A stretch of 64,000 bases of DNA from Methanofastidiosum sp. (GTDB taxonomy: Archaea; Methanobacteriota_B; Thermococci; Methanofastidiosales; Methanofastidiosaceae): contig DAOSDU010000007.1 in the NCBI GenBank assembly GCA_035362715.1, positions 16,974 through 80,973 of the forward strand, in the 5' to 3' direction. Under the pieces are notes generated by a model. It saw only the letters and a program-made list of their open reading frames with translations, had not been told where the DNA came from and made no database searches. The position numbers and the translations under genes were made by a program. The stretch's first letter is position 1; every line of letters starts with the position of its first letter. Positions 39,015-50,463 of the stretch are shown here, one piece after another.

Positions 39015-40598
39015 ATGGAAAAGATAAATTGTGATGTCTTAGTAGTTGGCGGTGGGCTTGCAGGGCTAAGGGCCGCCATAGAATCTAAAAAATATGTCAA
39101 AGACGTAATAATATTGACCAAAGGATATGTGGGAAAGGGTGGATGCAGTTCAATTTCTGAAGGAATTTTAAATGCGCCATTATCTGAAAATGATTCTTCT
39201 GATCTGTATTATGGCGACATAATGAAAGGTTCAGCAAATGTATCAGACCAAAAATTAGCAAAAATTCTTTCTCAGAATACAAAAAGCGCCATTCTTTCAC
39301 TTGAAGATTACGGAATTCAATATAAAAAAGAAAATGGAAATTTTGTCCTTAATCTATCCGGTGGAAATTCAGTTGCACGAACTGTAAGAGTAGAGCCACC
39401 AGGCCCTGGGTGCGGAAGAATAATCCCATTGAAACTAATGGAATATGCTAAAAATAACGATATACAATTTTTGGAAGGAAAACATTTAATCAAACTCTTT
39501 GAAAAGAACGGTAGAGTTGTATCCGGAATAGTATGTGACGGGAAAAATTTTTTGGAAATTTCATTTAAATCTATTATAATTGCAACTGGTGGGGCAGGAA
39601 ATATCTATAGAAACTCCACAAATCCTTCCGATGTTGAAGGTGATGGGTATTACCTAGGATTAGATGTTGGAGCTTCTTTGATAGATATGGAATATGTACA
39701 ATTTTTTCCTACTGTAGCGCTTAAATCCTATCTAGTTTTACCATTCATCTTTACTGATGGTGCTGTTCTTCTTAATAGTAAAGGAGAAAGATTCATTGGA
39801 AAATATGATTCAAATCTTTTAGAAAAAACTACTCGAGATGTAATGTCAAGAGCTATTTTTACCGAGGCCCTTGAAGGCAGAGGCACCGACGGTGGAGTTT
39901 TTATATCCTATAAAGAAGTCCCTGAGGACATTCTTAAAACAAAATATTCAAAAGAATTAGAGTTTTTCTTGACTAAAGGGATTGATCTAACTAAAGATAA
40001 TCTTCTTGTTAAGCCTTCCTGTCATTTCTTCATGGGTGGTTTAAAAATAAATGATAAATGCGAAACAAATGTCAAAGGATTATATGCCTGTGGAGAAACT
40101 GCAGGTGGCGTGCATGGGGCCAATAGGCTTGCAGGCAACGCTTTAGCTGAAACTTTAGTGTTTGGGGAAATTGCAGGAAAAAATGCATCTGAATTTGCGT
40201 TAGCAAATGATTTTGACTACATAGATACCAAGAAGTATATCGAATCATTACCTAAACTTATTGAAAGTTCTTCAGAAAAAGAACTGATTAAAGAAATAAA
40301 AGAGATCATGTGGAGATACCTTGGGATTATTAGAAACAAAGAAGGGATAACAACTGCAATCAAGGAGTTTTCTGAAATAAAAAATAAATTTGAAAAGATA
40401 AACGCAACACAAAATTATTTGGAATACTTCAAATTAAGAAATATTATTTTTGTTGCCCAAGCTGTAGCCATATCTGCTCTAGAAAGAACAGAATCTAGAG
40501 GGGCTCATTATAGAAGTGATTATCCAAACGAGGATAAAAATTGGAAAAAGGCAATCATAATTAAAAAAGGATTTAATATCGAACACGAGGCGAGATAA
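39015..40598 (+). CDS. nadB: L-aspartate oxidase / fumarate-reductase flavoprotein family
   Basis: DVLVVGGGLAGL FAD motif; SRGAHYRSDYP near C-term. Confidence 0.65.
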   Translation: MEKINCDVLVVGGGLAGLRAAIESKKYVKDVIILTKGYVGKGGCSSISEGILNAPLSENDSSDLYYGDIMKGSANVSDQKLAKILSQNTKSAILSLEDYGIQYKKENGNFVLNLSGGNSVARTVRVEPPGPGCGRIIPLKLMEYAKNNDIQFLEGKHLIKLFEKNGRVVSGIVCDGKNFLEISFKSIIIATGGAGNIYRNSTNPSDVEGDGYYLGLDVGASLIDMEYVQFFPTVALKSYLVLPFIFTDGAVLLNSKGERFIGKYDSNLLEKTTRDVMSRAIFTEALEGRGTDGGVFISYKEVPEDILKTKYSKELEFFLTKGIDLTKDNLLVKPSCHFFMGGLKINDKCETNVKGLYACGETAGGVHGANRLAGNALAETLVFGEIAGKNASEFALANDFDYIDTKKYIESLPKLIESSSEKELIKEIKEIMWRYLGIIRNKEGITTAIKEFSEIKNKFEKINATQNYLEYFKLRNIIFVAQAVAISALERTESRGAHYRSDYPNEDKNWKKAIIIKKGFNIEHEAR

Positions 40599-41885
<1,287 letters not shown>

Positions 41886-41918
41886 TTGTTTGGCCTTTTT
41901 GACAAATTTAAATATAAA

Positions 41919-42260
41919 ATGGCAATTGTTGTTAGAGATGATTTGAAATTATCAAAAGGAAAATTATCTGCTCAAGTAGCTCATGCTGCAGTAAGTTGTG
42001 CAATAAAATCAGAGAATAACAAAAATAAATATTTTTCTGAATGGTTTTCTGAAGGGCAAAAAAAAGTTGTTTTGAAGATTGATGATTTAGATTCACTCCT
42101 TAAAGTATTCAATGAGGCAAAAAGCGTTGGCCTGACAACTGAACTAATCAAAGATGCGGGATTAACAGAAATCCCACCTGGAACAATCACTGTTTTGGGT
42201 ATAGGGCCAGCCCCAGAAGATGAAATTGATAGGATAGTGGGGGATCTGAAACTTCTATAG
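41919..42260 (+). CDS. pth2: peptidyl-tRNA hydrolase, archaeal Pth2
   Basis: KMAIVVRDDLKLSKGKLSAQVAHA signature; start set at ATG 41919. Confidence 0.8.
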   Translation: MAIVVRDDLKLSKGKLSAQVAHAAVSCAIKSENNKNKYFSEWFSEGQKKVVLKIDDLDSLLKVFNEAKSVGLTTELIKDAGLTEIPPGTITVLGIGPAPEDEIDRIVGDLKLL

Positions 42261-42329
42261 AATACCAATACAAAAGCTTATATAAATATTTTTTAAAAAT
42301 TCATCTTAAGCAGTATTGGAGGTAAAAAA

Positions 42330-42842
42330 ATGAATAAAATAATTATGGTCTTATTAACATTGATATTTGCGATATCTCTATTTGTTTCCCCTATATTGGC
42401 CGCAGAAAATACGTCTCCAGAACTTCAAAACGGAGTTCTTTTGTACACTTTCAAGAATAACACATTTTCTTATAAATTTCAAGTAGAATATAAAGACGCT
42501 GATGGAGATCTACCCAGATATATGTTTGTCTTTATAAATGGGTCAAGAAGAGAAATGATTAAAGCAGATATAACTGATAACAATTCGAAGGATGGAATAT
42601 TGTATATCCTGCCTATGTCTGAAGATGAACTTTTCAAATTTGCGCCAAAGGCAAAAGAATGGGATATAGAATATTGGTTTAGAACAAATGATGGGAAAGG
42701 TCCAGTAAGTACTAAAATATCCAAGTTATTTGCATTAGACACTGAATCAATGGGGCTAAGTACTAGTAATTCTGCGGGTGGCGGAAGAGATGGAGGATCA
42801 TCTAGTGGCTGTGGTTGCGTAAATAAAAACTCCAACCAATAA
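42330..42842 (+). CDS. secreted hypothetical protein with Gly/Cys-rich C-terminus
   Basis: Signal peptide; tail GGGRDGGSSSGCGCV. Confidence 0.45.
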   Translation: MNKIIMVLLTLIFAISLFVSPILAAENTSPELQNGVLLYTFKNNTFSYKFQVEYKDADGDLPRYMFVFINGSRREMIKADITDNNSKDGILYILPMSEDELFKFAPKAKEWDIEYWFRTNDGKGPVSTKISKLFALDTESMGLSTSNSAGGGRDGGSSSGCGCVNKNSNQ

Positions 42843-42883
42843 TTTTATATATCTTTTTTTTAAACCAATGACAAGGTGAAATT

Positions 42884-43042
42884 ATGGAGTTCTATATTTT
42901 CATAGCGATTGTAATAGGTTTGATAGCATTATTTGCAATAATAGAGGGACTTAGCAGGAAAAGAAATACTTTGAGTAAGCCTCCGTTAAAAGGCAACGAA
43001 AGAAATACCCAGTATGTACCACAATCAATTCCAAAAAAATAA
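42884..43042 (+). CDS. small (52 aa) single-TM protein; not in the ORF track
   Basis: aaGGTGa RBS 5 nt upstream of ATG; one hydrophobic helix. Confidence 0.3.
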   Translation: MEFYIFIAIVIGLIALFAIIEGLSRKRNTLSKPPLKGNERNTQYVPQSIPKK

Positions 43043-43051
43043 AATAAAATA

Positions 43052-43924
43052 TTATTTTTTTACTCTTTTCCTGATATATTTTGCTATTACGTATATTATT
43101 CCAAGAAGGATTAATATTGGTATAAAGAATCCGCCCAATATTATTATTCCAGCAACTGAAACTATGAATGCATCTATGGCTCTATCAAATGTGTTCTTTA
43201 TGCCCCACTCATGGACAATCTTTTCAGGTTCATATAGATTTATATAAAATGTACCAAAAGTTGTTGTATTATCGAGATATTTTAATCTTCCCTCATAACT
43301 TTCTATCTCGCCTCTGATTCTCCCAAGTTGGACTTCAATTGCAAGAACGTCTTGTACATCCTTAGCCATATCTAGAAGTTCTGTGTACCTTTTTTCCTGA
43401 TTTTTCAAGTTTTTTAATCTTGCCTGCAAATCTATATACTCTTCAGTAACATCGTATCCCGAAGTTTCTTTGGATTTAATCTTTCCAATTTGAACTAAAG
43501 AATCGCTAAACTCTTCAAATCTTTTTTCCGGTATCTTTATTGTAATATTACCGCTTTTTGTTTCTGAATCAGAAATCCACATATTCGAGTTTGTTACGTA
43601 TCCTTCGTATTTATTGGCCAGTTCTTTAATTTTTGAGATAGAAGAATCAAAGTTTTCAACTTCTATATTTGCATTCCCATTTTTGACAACTTTTCGATCA
43701 TTTGAATTTAATTCACTTGATTCCGTAGAACTCTGGTAAACAGTTTTTGAATAGGTATCGGTCTGAGGGGCACCACCGTAGCCTGGAGAGTAAGCAACAC
43801 CTTCATCGTAAATAACTCTCTTGGAGTATATATTTGGTCCTAAAAAAAAAGTTCCTATAAAGAATCCTGAAATTAAGATTGCAATTACCCCAATTGCACC
43901 AAGTATCATAAAGGATTTTTTCAT
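43052..43924 (-). CDS. DUF4349-like membrane-anchored protein
   Basis: N- and C-terminal TM helices with central soluble domain. Confidence 0.45.
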   Translation of the reverse strand: MKKSFMILGAIGVIAILISGFFIGTFFLGPNIYSKRVIYDEGVAYSPGYGGAPQTDTYSKTVYQSSTESSELNSNDRKVVKNGNANIEVENFDSSISKIKELANKYEGYVTNSNMWISDSETKSGNITIKIPEKRFEEFSDSLVQIGKIKSKETSGYDVTEEYIDLQARLKNLKNQEKRYTELLDMAKDVQDVLAIEVQLGRIRGEIESYEGRLKYLDNTTTFGTFYINLYEPEKIVHEWGIKNTFDRAIDAFIVSVAGIIILGGFFIPILILLGIIYVIAKYIRKRVKK

Positions 43925-43982
43925 TTCATCACCAATAGAAACTTATAATGCTCTATATTTATATATTTCGATATGGTTCAAT

Positions 43983-45404
43983 TTATATTGAACCTTTACT
44001 ATTTAATTTTAAAGTCTTAAAGAAGTACTCCGATATAGTATCCCCTACTATTTTTACTAAAATATCCTTGTCTTCACTATAACCAAAAGCCCCAAGAGAT
44101 ATCTTTGCAGCGGCAAAATTCATATGCCCTCCTGCAGAACCCATTTTAGAAAAAGCCTTTGTAATTATCTTGCTGATATCAATAATCTGGTCCCTTGACC
44201 TAGCAGATACGTATACATAATCTTCAATTATCCCAATAACTATGGATACGGTAATACCTTCAAGTTTCAATAATAGATCTGCAGATTGAGACAATGATTC
44301 CTTATTACCTACATATCCAACATTGGAAATGACATATTTGTCGTAAAGCTTCTTGTTATTTATCGCCTTAGACAAAACATCAAGAGTATCTTGAGAAATA
44401 TTGGGATTTTCAATAATATTCAAAAGTTCTTTATTAATCTTGGGTTTTAAATAATATACGGCCTCGGTATCTTCCTTCTCAAAATTTCGTTTAAAGTTAT
44501 TAGTATCAACAAGAATCCCATACATTAATCCTGTGGCTAATTGCTCATTTACTTCGATACCAAAATCTCTCAAATAAGAAGTCATAATAGTGGCAGTTGC
44601 ACCAACTTTAGGCCTTATATCCATGAATTCTGCATTTATTTTTTCTTCTTCAGTATAATGATGATCAATTATAATATCTGGTTTTATTTCTGATGGGAAT
44701 ATAGTCGTATTAGACAGATTTGGCATATCGATTAATGCAATTTTATCATACTCTCTTAAGACATATTTCTTATGTTCGGCTATCTTCTTGAAATCCCATT
44801 TCAAAAGTTCAACCATCAATTTGTTTCCTTCGTGACCAATTTCGCCACCATAATATATATCTACATTTACCTTCAAACTTTCTGCAATTGCTTTAAGGGC
44901 ATAAGCGCTTGACATTGCGTCTGGGTCAGGATTATCATGCATTACAATTGCTAATGACTTGGATTTCTCAAGTATTTTTCTTAATATGTCTTTATTTCTC
45001 CAATAATTTGAGAGTTCAAGCTGGTTTATTATTATTTGTGCCATTGATCTATCTGGAGTAACAACAAAATCTGCCCCTAATTTTTTAATTCCTGAGATAT
45101 GTTCTGAACTAGGGGCGTTAACAATTATCAAAGCTTCTTTATTGAGCTCTCTTGAAATTTTCAAAGCTTCAATATTGGTCTTATGGTCTGAAGTAGTTAT
45201 AATTATTTCTTTAAATTTTGAAATATTTACCCCTATAAGGTTAAATGATTTAGTAAAATCAAATAGATAAGTTTTACAACCAATAGTTTCGGCCCTGCTC
45301 AAAGCCTGCATATTTTTATCTATGACCACTACTTCTTTGCCTCTCTTTTTAAGTACTAAAGATACGGCATATCCTATTTTACCGGCCCCAAAAATAAGAG
45401 ACAT
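43983..45404 (-). CDS. TrkA_N (RCK_N) - DHH - DHHA1 phosphoesterase
   Basis: GAGKIGYAV Rossmann motif; HDNPDPD DHH motif; GGGH DHHA1 motif. Confidence 0.7.
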   Translation of the reverse strand: MSLIFGAGKIGYAVSLVLKKRGKEVVVIDKNMQALSRAETIGCKTYLFDFTKSFNLIGVNISKFKEIIITTSDHKTNIEALKISRELNKEALIIVNAPSSEHISGIKKLGADFVVTPDRSMAQIIINQLELSNYWRNKDILRKILEKSKSLAIVMHDNPDPDAMSSAYALKAIAESLKVNVDIYYGGEIGHEGNKLMVELLKWDFKKIAEHKKYVLREYDKIALIDMPNLSNTTIFPSEIKPDIIIDHHYTEEEKINAEFMDIRPKVGATATIMTSYLRDFGIEVNEQLATGLMYGILVDTNNFKRNFEKEDTEAVYYLKPKINKELLNIIENPNISQDTLDVLSKAINNKKLYDKYVISNVGYVGNKESLSQSADLLLKLEGITVSIVIGIIEDYVYVSARSRDQIIDISKIITKAFSKMGSAGGHMNFAAAKISLGAFGYSEDKDILVKIVGDTISEYFFKTLKLNSKGSI

Positions 45405-45489
45405 AAGTCTAATTATGGGATGAAATATATATTCTTAACTGATTTAACCAAAATAATTATAAATGATACTAATATTTACAAGTTGAGGT

Positions 45490-46356
45490 ATGTCTTTGGA
45501 AGGTTCAGTAGACGATGAAATTATAAAAATTTCACAAGAATTAAAGGCTTTGGAATCTGAGGCGGAATCATATAAAAAAGAGCTTTTGGCCTTAAAGCAA
45601 AAAAGAGATGAAAAGAACGCTCAAGTTTCTGATCTGATTAAGAAAGGCAAGGAAAACAAGGAACTTAGAGATAAAGCTAACGAGGAAACAAAAAAATATA
45701 AGGCACTACGTGAAGAAAATAGCTCTAAACTAAGAGTAATTTATGAATCTTTGAATAAAATTAAAGAAGCTACAAAGAACAAGGATATTACTTCCTCTTC
45801 AGAGATTGAAAAAAAGATTGACAATATTGAATGGAAACTCGAAACTGAAGTTCTTTCACTGGATAAAGAACGACAACTTGTTGACATCATAAAGGACTTA
45901 AAAAAAGACCTTAAAGAATCTAAAAATTATGAAGCTCTTTCCAAAGAAGCCCGCTTTTCTCGAAAAGATTTAGATACGTTGAAAAAAAATTCTGAGGAAT
46001 ACCATAAAAAAGTCCTAGAGCTTTCAGATGAATCCACTAAATATCATGAGCGTATGATATACTATTTCAATAGTTCTGAAGATATCAAAAAAGAAGCAGA
46101 TACAACACACAAGAACTATATTGAAAAGAAAAAATATGTTGATGAACTATACGACAAAATAAGAGAACTAAGGGCTAAAATCAAAGGATTAGAAATTAAT
46201 TCAAGAAAAACTGAGAAACAGGAAAAAGAGAAAAAGATAAAAGAAAAGAAAATAGAACTATCAAAGAAAAGTGAGGATATCTTAGAGAAATTTAAAAATG
46301 GAGAAAAACTCACCTTGGACGAACTTAAAATTCTCCAGGCTGGGGGAAATATTTGA
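45490..46356 (+). CDS. coiled-coil protein, highly charged
   Basis: K/E-rich heptad-like sequence throughout; first gene of a three-gene overlapping operon. Confidence 0.45.
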   Translation: MSLEGSVDDEIIKISQELKALESEAESYKKELLALKQKRDEKNAQVSDLIKKGKENKELRDKANEETKKYKALREENSSKLRVIYESLNKIKEATKNKDITSSSEIEKKIDNIEWKLETEVLSLDKERQLVDIIKDLKKDLKESKNYEALSKEARFSRKDLDTLKKNSEEYHKKVLELSDESTKYHERMIYYFNSSEDIKKEADTTHKNYIEKKKYVDELYDKIRELRAKIKGLEINSRKTEKQEKEKKIKEKKIELSKKSEDILEKFKNGEKLTLDELKILQAGGNI

Positions 46357-46658
46357 TAGCGGAAATATCTTTTGTCCCTATTGGAGTTGGAACATCTCTT
46401 AGTCGTTATATCGCAGTAGTTATAAAAAACATAGAAAAAAGTGGATTAAAATATCAACTCACACCTATGGGTACAATTGTAGAAGGTGAGTGGAATGAGA
46501 TATCCAAGTTAATCGATTATTCGCATGACTTAATATTTGAAATGGGAATAGAAAGAATTATAACTAACATAAAGATTGATTATAGATTAGACAAGAAGTC
46601 TTCTATGCAAGATAAGTTAGACTCAGTCAAAAAGAAGATGGTAGAAACCGATGTTTGA
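46353..46658 (+). CDS. MTH1187/YkoF-family (DUF77) small ligand-binding protein
   Basis: MIAEISFVPIGVG…LKYQLTPMGTIVEGEW pattern. Confidence 0.65.
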   Translation: MIAEISFVPIGVGTSLSRYIAVVIKNIEKSGLKYQLTPMGTIVEGEWNEISKLIDYSHDLIFEMGIERIITNIKIDYRLDKKSSMQDKLDSVKKKMVETDV

Positions 46659-47712
46659 AAAGAAAATATTGGTGCTCTCAGTTGATAGAGATAATGACCT
46701 GGGGGTAAAAACGGGTATCCAAGGGCCGATTATAGGAGAAAAAAACATCCTAAATGCAGCCATGGAACTTGGTATAGCCGATCCTACAGAATCAGATACA
46801 AATGTTCTTTTTAGGGCAATCCAAGTCTTTCGAAAATTGAAAAAAGAGGACACACCTTGTGAAGTCGTAGCCCTTACCGGTGATATAGATGTTGGTGTAA
46901 AATCTGATATAGTGCTATCCGATCAACTTGACCATGTTCTTAAAAAAATAAAAGTAAAAGGTGTAATTCTTGTTACAGATGGGCGTGAAGATGAGAATAT
47001 CTTACCGGCCATTCAATCAAAGGTGCAGATAATATCCATAGATAGGATAGTTATACAACAAAGTGAAACAATTGAAGAAACATACTTTATTCTTCATAGA
47101 TATATAAGGGAGGTCATGGAAGACCGAAAACTTGCAGGGCTTTTACTAGGGGCGCCTGGACTAACCTTCCTTCTTTTTGGCGCAGCTTTTTTATTGGGAA
47201 AACCTCAGATAGGTTGGTTTGGATTTTTATTTATTCTAGGAATCTATCTGTTCTTCAAGGGATTTGGGATTGACAATTTCTTAAAGAAAGAGTTTTCTCC
47301 AAAAAGGGTAGGATTTGTTTTTTACCTAATTGCTGTATTATTAGGTATTATTGGTGTATGGCAGAGTTATTACTATCTCCTTCAATTTCCAACTTGGCAA
47401 AGTATACCTTTAGTAATTGCGACAATTCTATCAAGAATCGAACTCATTTACGTTGCTTTTGCAATAGCGATGTTCGGTAGATTTCTAGAAGCTTACTCTA
47501 CAAATAAGAAGGAAGTAATGAGTACACTTGCACTAACATTTTTCACAGCAGTATTCTCATTTATCCTATATCAATCTGCTAAGTTTATCCTAGGCTCTAT
47601 ATCCCTAGAAATTCTAATGGTTTATCTGTTTATAGCAGGCGGATTGACTGTCTTATTCATGAGATTAACTGGGAAATTAAAACTAAAAATTATGCCTGAA
47701 GCTTGCAGTTAG
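46651..47712 (+). CDS. DUF373-family archaeal membrane protein
   Basis: N-terminal soluble domain then about 6 TM helices. Confidence 0.5.
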   Translation: MFEKKILVLSVDRDNDLGVKTGIQGPIIGEKNILNAAMELGIADPTESDTNVLFRAIQVFRKLKKEDTPCEVVALTGDIDVGVKSDIVLSDQLDHVLKKIKVKGVILVTDGREDENILPAIQSKVQIISIDRIVIQQSETIEETYFILHRYIREVMEDRKLAGLLLGAPGLTFLLFGAAFLLGKPQIGWFGFLFILGIYLFFKGFGIDNFLKKEFSPKRVGFVFYLIAVLLGIIGVWQSYYYLLQFPTWQSIPLVIATILSRIELIYVAFAIAMFGRFLEAYSTNKKEVMSTLALTFFTAVFSFILYQSAKFILGSISLEILMVYLFIAGGLTVLFMRLTGKLKLKIMPEACS

Positions 47713-48262
47713 CAAGTTCTTGTAATTTTTCTATACCACTTTCCATGCCAATACCATAGAGTATATCCCCTTCGTTCAATTTGAAGTTTTTCTTTGGGGA
47801 GTAAATGTAGTCTTTATCTCTCTTTATGAGAAATATGTATATGCCTGTCTTACTTTGTAGTTTTATTTCTTGGAAAGTTTTATCTATAATAATGGAGCCT
47901 GAGCATATCTTTACCCTAGCAATGATCTGATCAGTTTCTTTCATTGCCTCTTTAAATATTGGGTGAGCATCAATTCCCCTAGTTACAATATCGGCTATTT
48001 CAGAAGCTGCGTCAGCAATAGCTTCAGTTGCTTCAGTTATATGAATCAGACTTAGTAGGTCTTCAGGATTACTGACCTTAGACGCCTTTTGAAGTATTTT
48101 TCTACCCATTTCATAGTTCAGTTTATCTACAATCTCTTCAAGTTCCATTACTTCCTCTGCAATGTATTTATTATTGTATAGAAGGGCAGTATATGATAGG
48201 GCAACCATCAATTCTGAATTATTTTTCATCTGCGTTAATATATCTGCCATACCAGTTTCCAT
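47690..48262 (-). CDS. PhoU-like + TrkA_C (RCK_C) domain protein
   Basis: Helical PhoU-like N-terminus; C-terminal RCK_C pattern; tandem paralog. Confidence 0.55.
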   Translation of the reverse strand: METGMADILTQMKNNSELMVALSYTALLYNNKYIAEEVMELEEIVDKLNYEMGRKILQKASKVSNPEDLLSLIHITEATEAIADAASEIADIVTRGIDAHPIFKEAMKETDQIIARVKICSGSIIIDKTFQEIKLQSKTGIYIFLIKRDKDYIYSPKKNFKLNEGDILYGIGMESGIEKLQELANCKLQA

Positions 48263-48266
48263 TATA

Positions 48267-48881
48267 TCACCACTTTGTTTTTATGCCACTACATATACTC
48301 TTTAATATTTCAAGACCGGTATTACTGCCCCTTGCAATGAGTATATCTCCATCTTTAATAACAAATCCTTTAGAAGGGTTATATTTGATGGAATCTTTTC
48401 TTTTTACAGCGATTATATATGTTCCTATTTTAGATCCCAGTTCTGCCTTTTTTAATGTCATGTGCGATAGTTTTGATTTAGGAGATACTTCATATTTTTC
48501 TATTTGTTCTTCAGCGTCTTCAAGCGCCTCGTAAACGATTGGATGTATTTTCATATCTCTTAAGATAATATTGGACAAATCTCCAGCTGCATTTGATATT
48601 TTTTCGGAGGCAGAGGCAAATTGCAAAACAGCTGAAATTCTCTCTGCATCTTCAACGCTTCTAGCGGCTAGCATTGCTGTTATTCTTATCCTATAATTTA
48701 GCTCATCCATCCTGCTCTCAAGTTCGGTAACGTCCTCTGCTATTTCCTTATTTTTGAAAAGGATTGAAGAATAGGCTAGGTCGACCATTAGTTCAGAGAT
48801 ATCTTTCATCTCAACTAAAAGATCCTTTACACTTACCGGCTTATACTTAAAAGGTTTTGATACTTTGCGTCTTTTGCCCAT
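48267..48881 (-). CDS. PhoU-like + TrkA_C (RCK_C) domain protein, tandem paralog
   Basis: Same architecture as 47690..48262. Confidence 0.55.
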   Translation of the reverse strand: MGKRRKVSKPFKYKPVSVKDLLVEMKDISELMVDLAYSSILFKNKEIAEDVTELESRMDELNYRIRITAMLAARSVEDAERISAVLQFASASEKISNAAGDLSNIILRDMKIHPIVYEALEDAEEQIEKYEVSPKSKLSHMTLKKAELGSKIGTYIIAVKRKDSIKYNPSKGFVIKDGDILIARGSNTGLEILKSICSGIKTKW

Positions 48882-48978
48882 TATTTTTCTCTCCTAAAAG
48901 AGTCTAAACTGGTTTATTTTAATTAATATTTAAGGATTTCGAATATATTTATAAATTCTCATATAGAGATTCTACAGG

Positions 48979-49051
48979 GGGCCTGTGGTCTAGTGGATAT
49001 GGCGCAGGGCTTCGGACCCTGAGATCGTGGGTTCAAATCCCATCAGGCCCG
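48979..49051 (+). tRNA. tRNA-Arg (anticodon TCG)
   Basis: GGGCCTG/CAGGCCC acceptor; anticodon stem CAGGG/CCCTG with loop cuUCGga; T-loop GGTTCAAATCC. Confidence 0.8.
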
Positions 49052-49067
49052 CCTTGTTCCATTAAAC

Positions 49068-49760
49068 TCATATTTTGTCTTCTTCTTTTGAAGCGACAAT
49101 ATTCATATCGTCTTCAAGTTCTTTTATTTTCTTTTTGTCCTTAATTATGCCTGCAATTATTATGGAAAATATTGCAACTCCTAAGGCATTTGACAGTGTC
49201 ATAGGTATTATTACTATTTTTACAGTTTCTAATGCCAAATCAAAAGGTTTTGCAAGGATTAATGTAATCCCCATGTGATATAACTCTACTATAGCCGCAA
49301 TAATTGTGGCTTTGTATGCCCCAATAAATTCCTTTTTTTTGTATTGATAGATTAATCCGCCAATAAGACCTGCCGAGATGGTGGCGACTGAACAAGGAAG
49401 AGCTGTAAAGCCACCTCCATAGAATCTGTTTATCCCACCTATTAATCCTGCGCCAAGACCAATAACTGGTCCACCTACTAAACCTGCAACTAATGGCCCT
49501 ATATCCCTTATATTTGCTATAGCGCCAGAAGGAAGTTCTATCCCTGAATAGTTCCCAAATATTGAAAAAGAACCAAATATGAGTATCATAACAATCTGAT
49601 TCTTATATGTAAATCTTTTATCTATAACAACTTCTTTAAAATGATTAACGGAACTCACAACCACGGCTATTACAGTAACCATGACTGATACCTCGTTAAT
49701 TAAAACAAAAAGAATATCCATGATTTCTTCAGGGTTCACAGTGATAAAAACAAAAGTCAA
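49068..49760 (-). CDS. polytopic membrane protein with Gly-rich helices (LytS-type 5TMR-like sensor domain?)
   Basis: NIRDIGPLVAGLVGGPVIGLGAGLIGG Gly-rich TM segments. Confidence 0.45.
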   Translation of the reverse strand: MTFVFITVNPEEIMDILFVLINEVSVMVTVIAVVVSSVNHFKEVVIDKRFTYKNQIVMILIFGSFSIFGNYSGIELPSGAIANIRDIGPLVAGLVGGPVIGLGAGLIGGINRFYGGGFTALPCSVATISAGLIGGLIYQYKKKEFIGAYKATIIAAIVELYHMGITLILAKPFDLALETVKIVIIPMTLSNALGVAIFSIIIAGIIKDKKKIKELEDDMNIVASKEEDKI

Positions 49761-49862
49761 TTTAAAAAACTTATTGTAATTTTTGCAAGTTTCGTAACCT
49801 TTATGTTAAAAAATAGTAGTAACGAATGGATACCAATATATTAAATAATATATGGCATTAAT

Positions 49863-50312
49863 TTAATATTTTGTGTTAAGTAATGCAATCTTTTCAAATA
49901 TCTTTTTTTCAGTTTCTATTCTATTATTGATATCCGTTATTTCAAAATACTCTATTATGAAATCTTTATCATATTTTCCGAGGGGAACGGGCTGGCCTAA
50001 AATCTGGATAATCTTCTCTTTTTTTTCTTCATTCAATATAATTCCTATCTTATTAAATCCATTTTTTATACCAAACGTTAAAGCTTTAGATATCTGTTTT
50101 TCTCCAGATAGTCTGATCAAATACTCAAGTGAAAAATCGTCAGCAAAGTTTGATTTATTCTTAAATGCTTGAGTTGTCTGGTACAAAGCCATAGTTATAT
50201 GATTGACTCCATATACTTTACTTACGTCAAAAATAGCATCTGCCCCATTTTTCTTTAATATTTCAATTAGTTTTTGTGCATCTTGAATTTGGGATTCAAA
50301 TACCAGTAACAT
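49863..50312 (-). CDS. cgi121: KEOPS complex subunit Cgi121
   Basis: Length and pattern LIRLSGEKQISKAL…ILGQP…IIEYFEIT parallel archaeal Cgi121. Confidence 0.55.
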   Translation of the reverse strand: MLLVFESQIQDAQKLIEILKKNGADAIFDVSKVYGVNHITMALYQTTQAFKNKSNFADDFSLEYLIRLSGEKQISKALTFGIKNGFNKIGIILNEEKKEKIIQILGQPVPLGKYDKDFIIEYFEITDINNRIETEKKIFEKIALLNTKY

Positions 50313-50463
50313 GATTATACTATCTTCTCTTTTCTTAAAAAATTATCGTTGTGCATTGTTAATAAAGTTTATAATTGGTAATACTTTATGGAAATCTAAA
50401 AGAAGTATTGTTTATCATTATTAACCGAAAACTATATATAGTAGTTAACAAAATTAGTATTTA

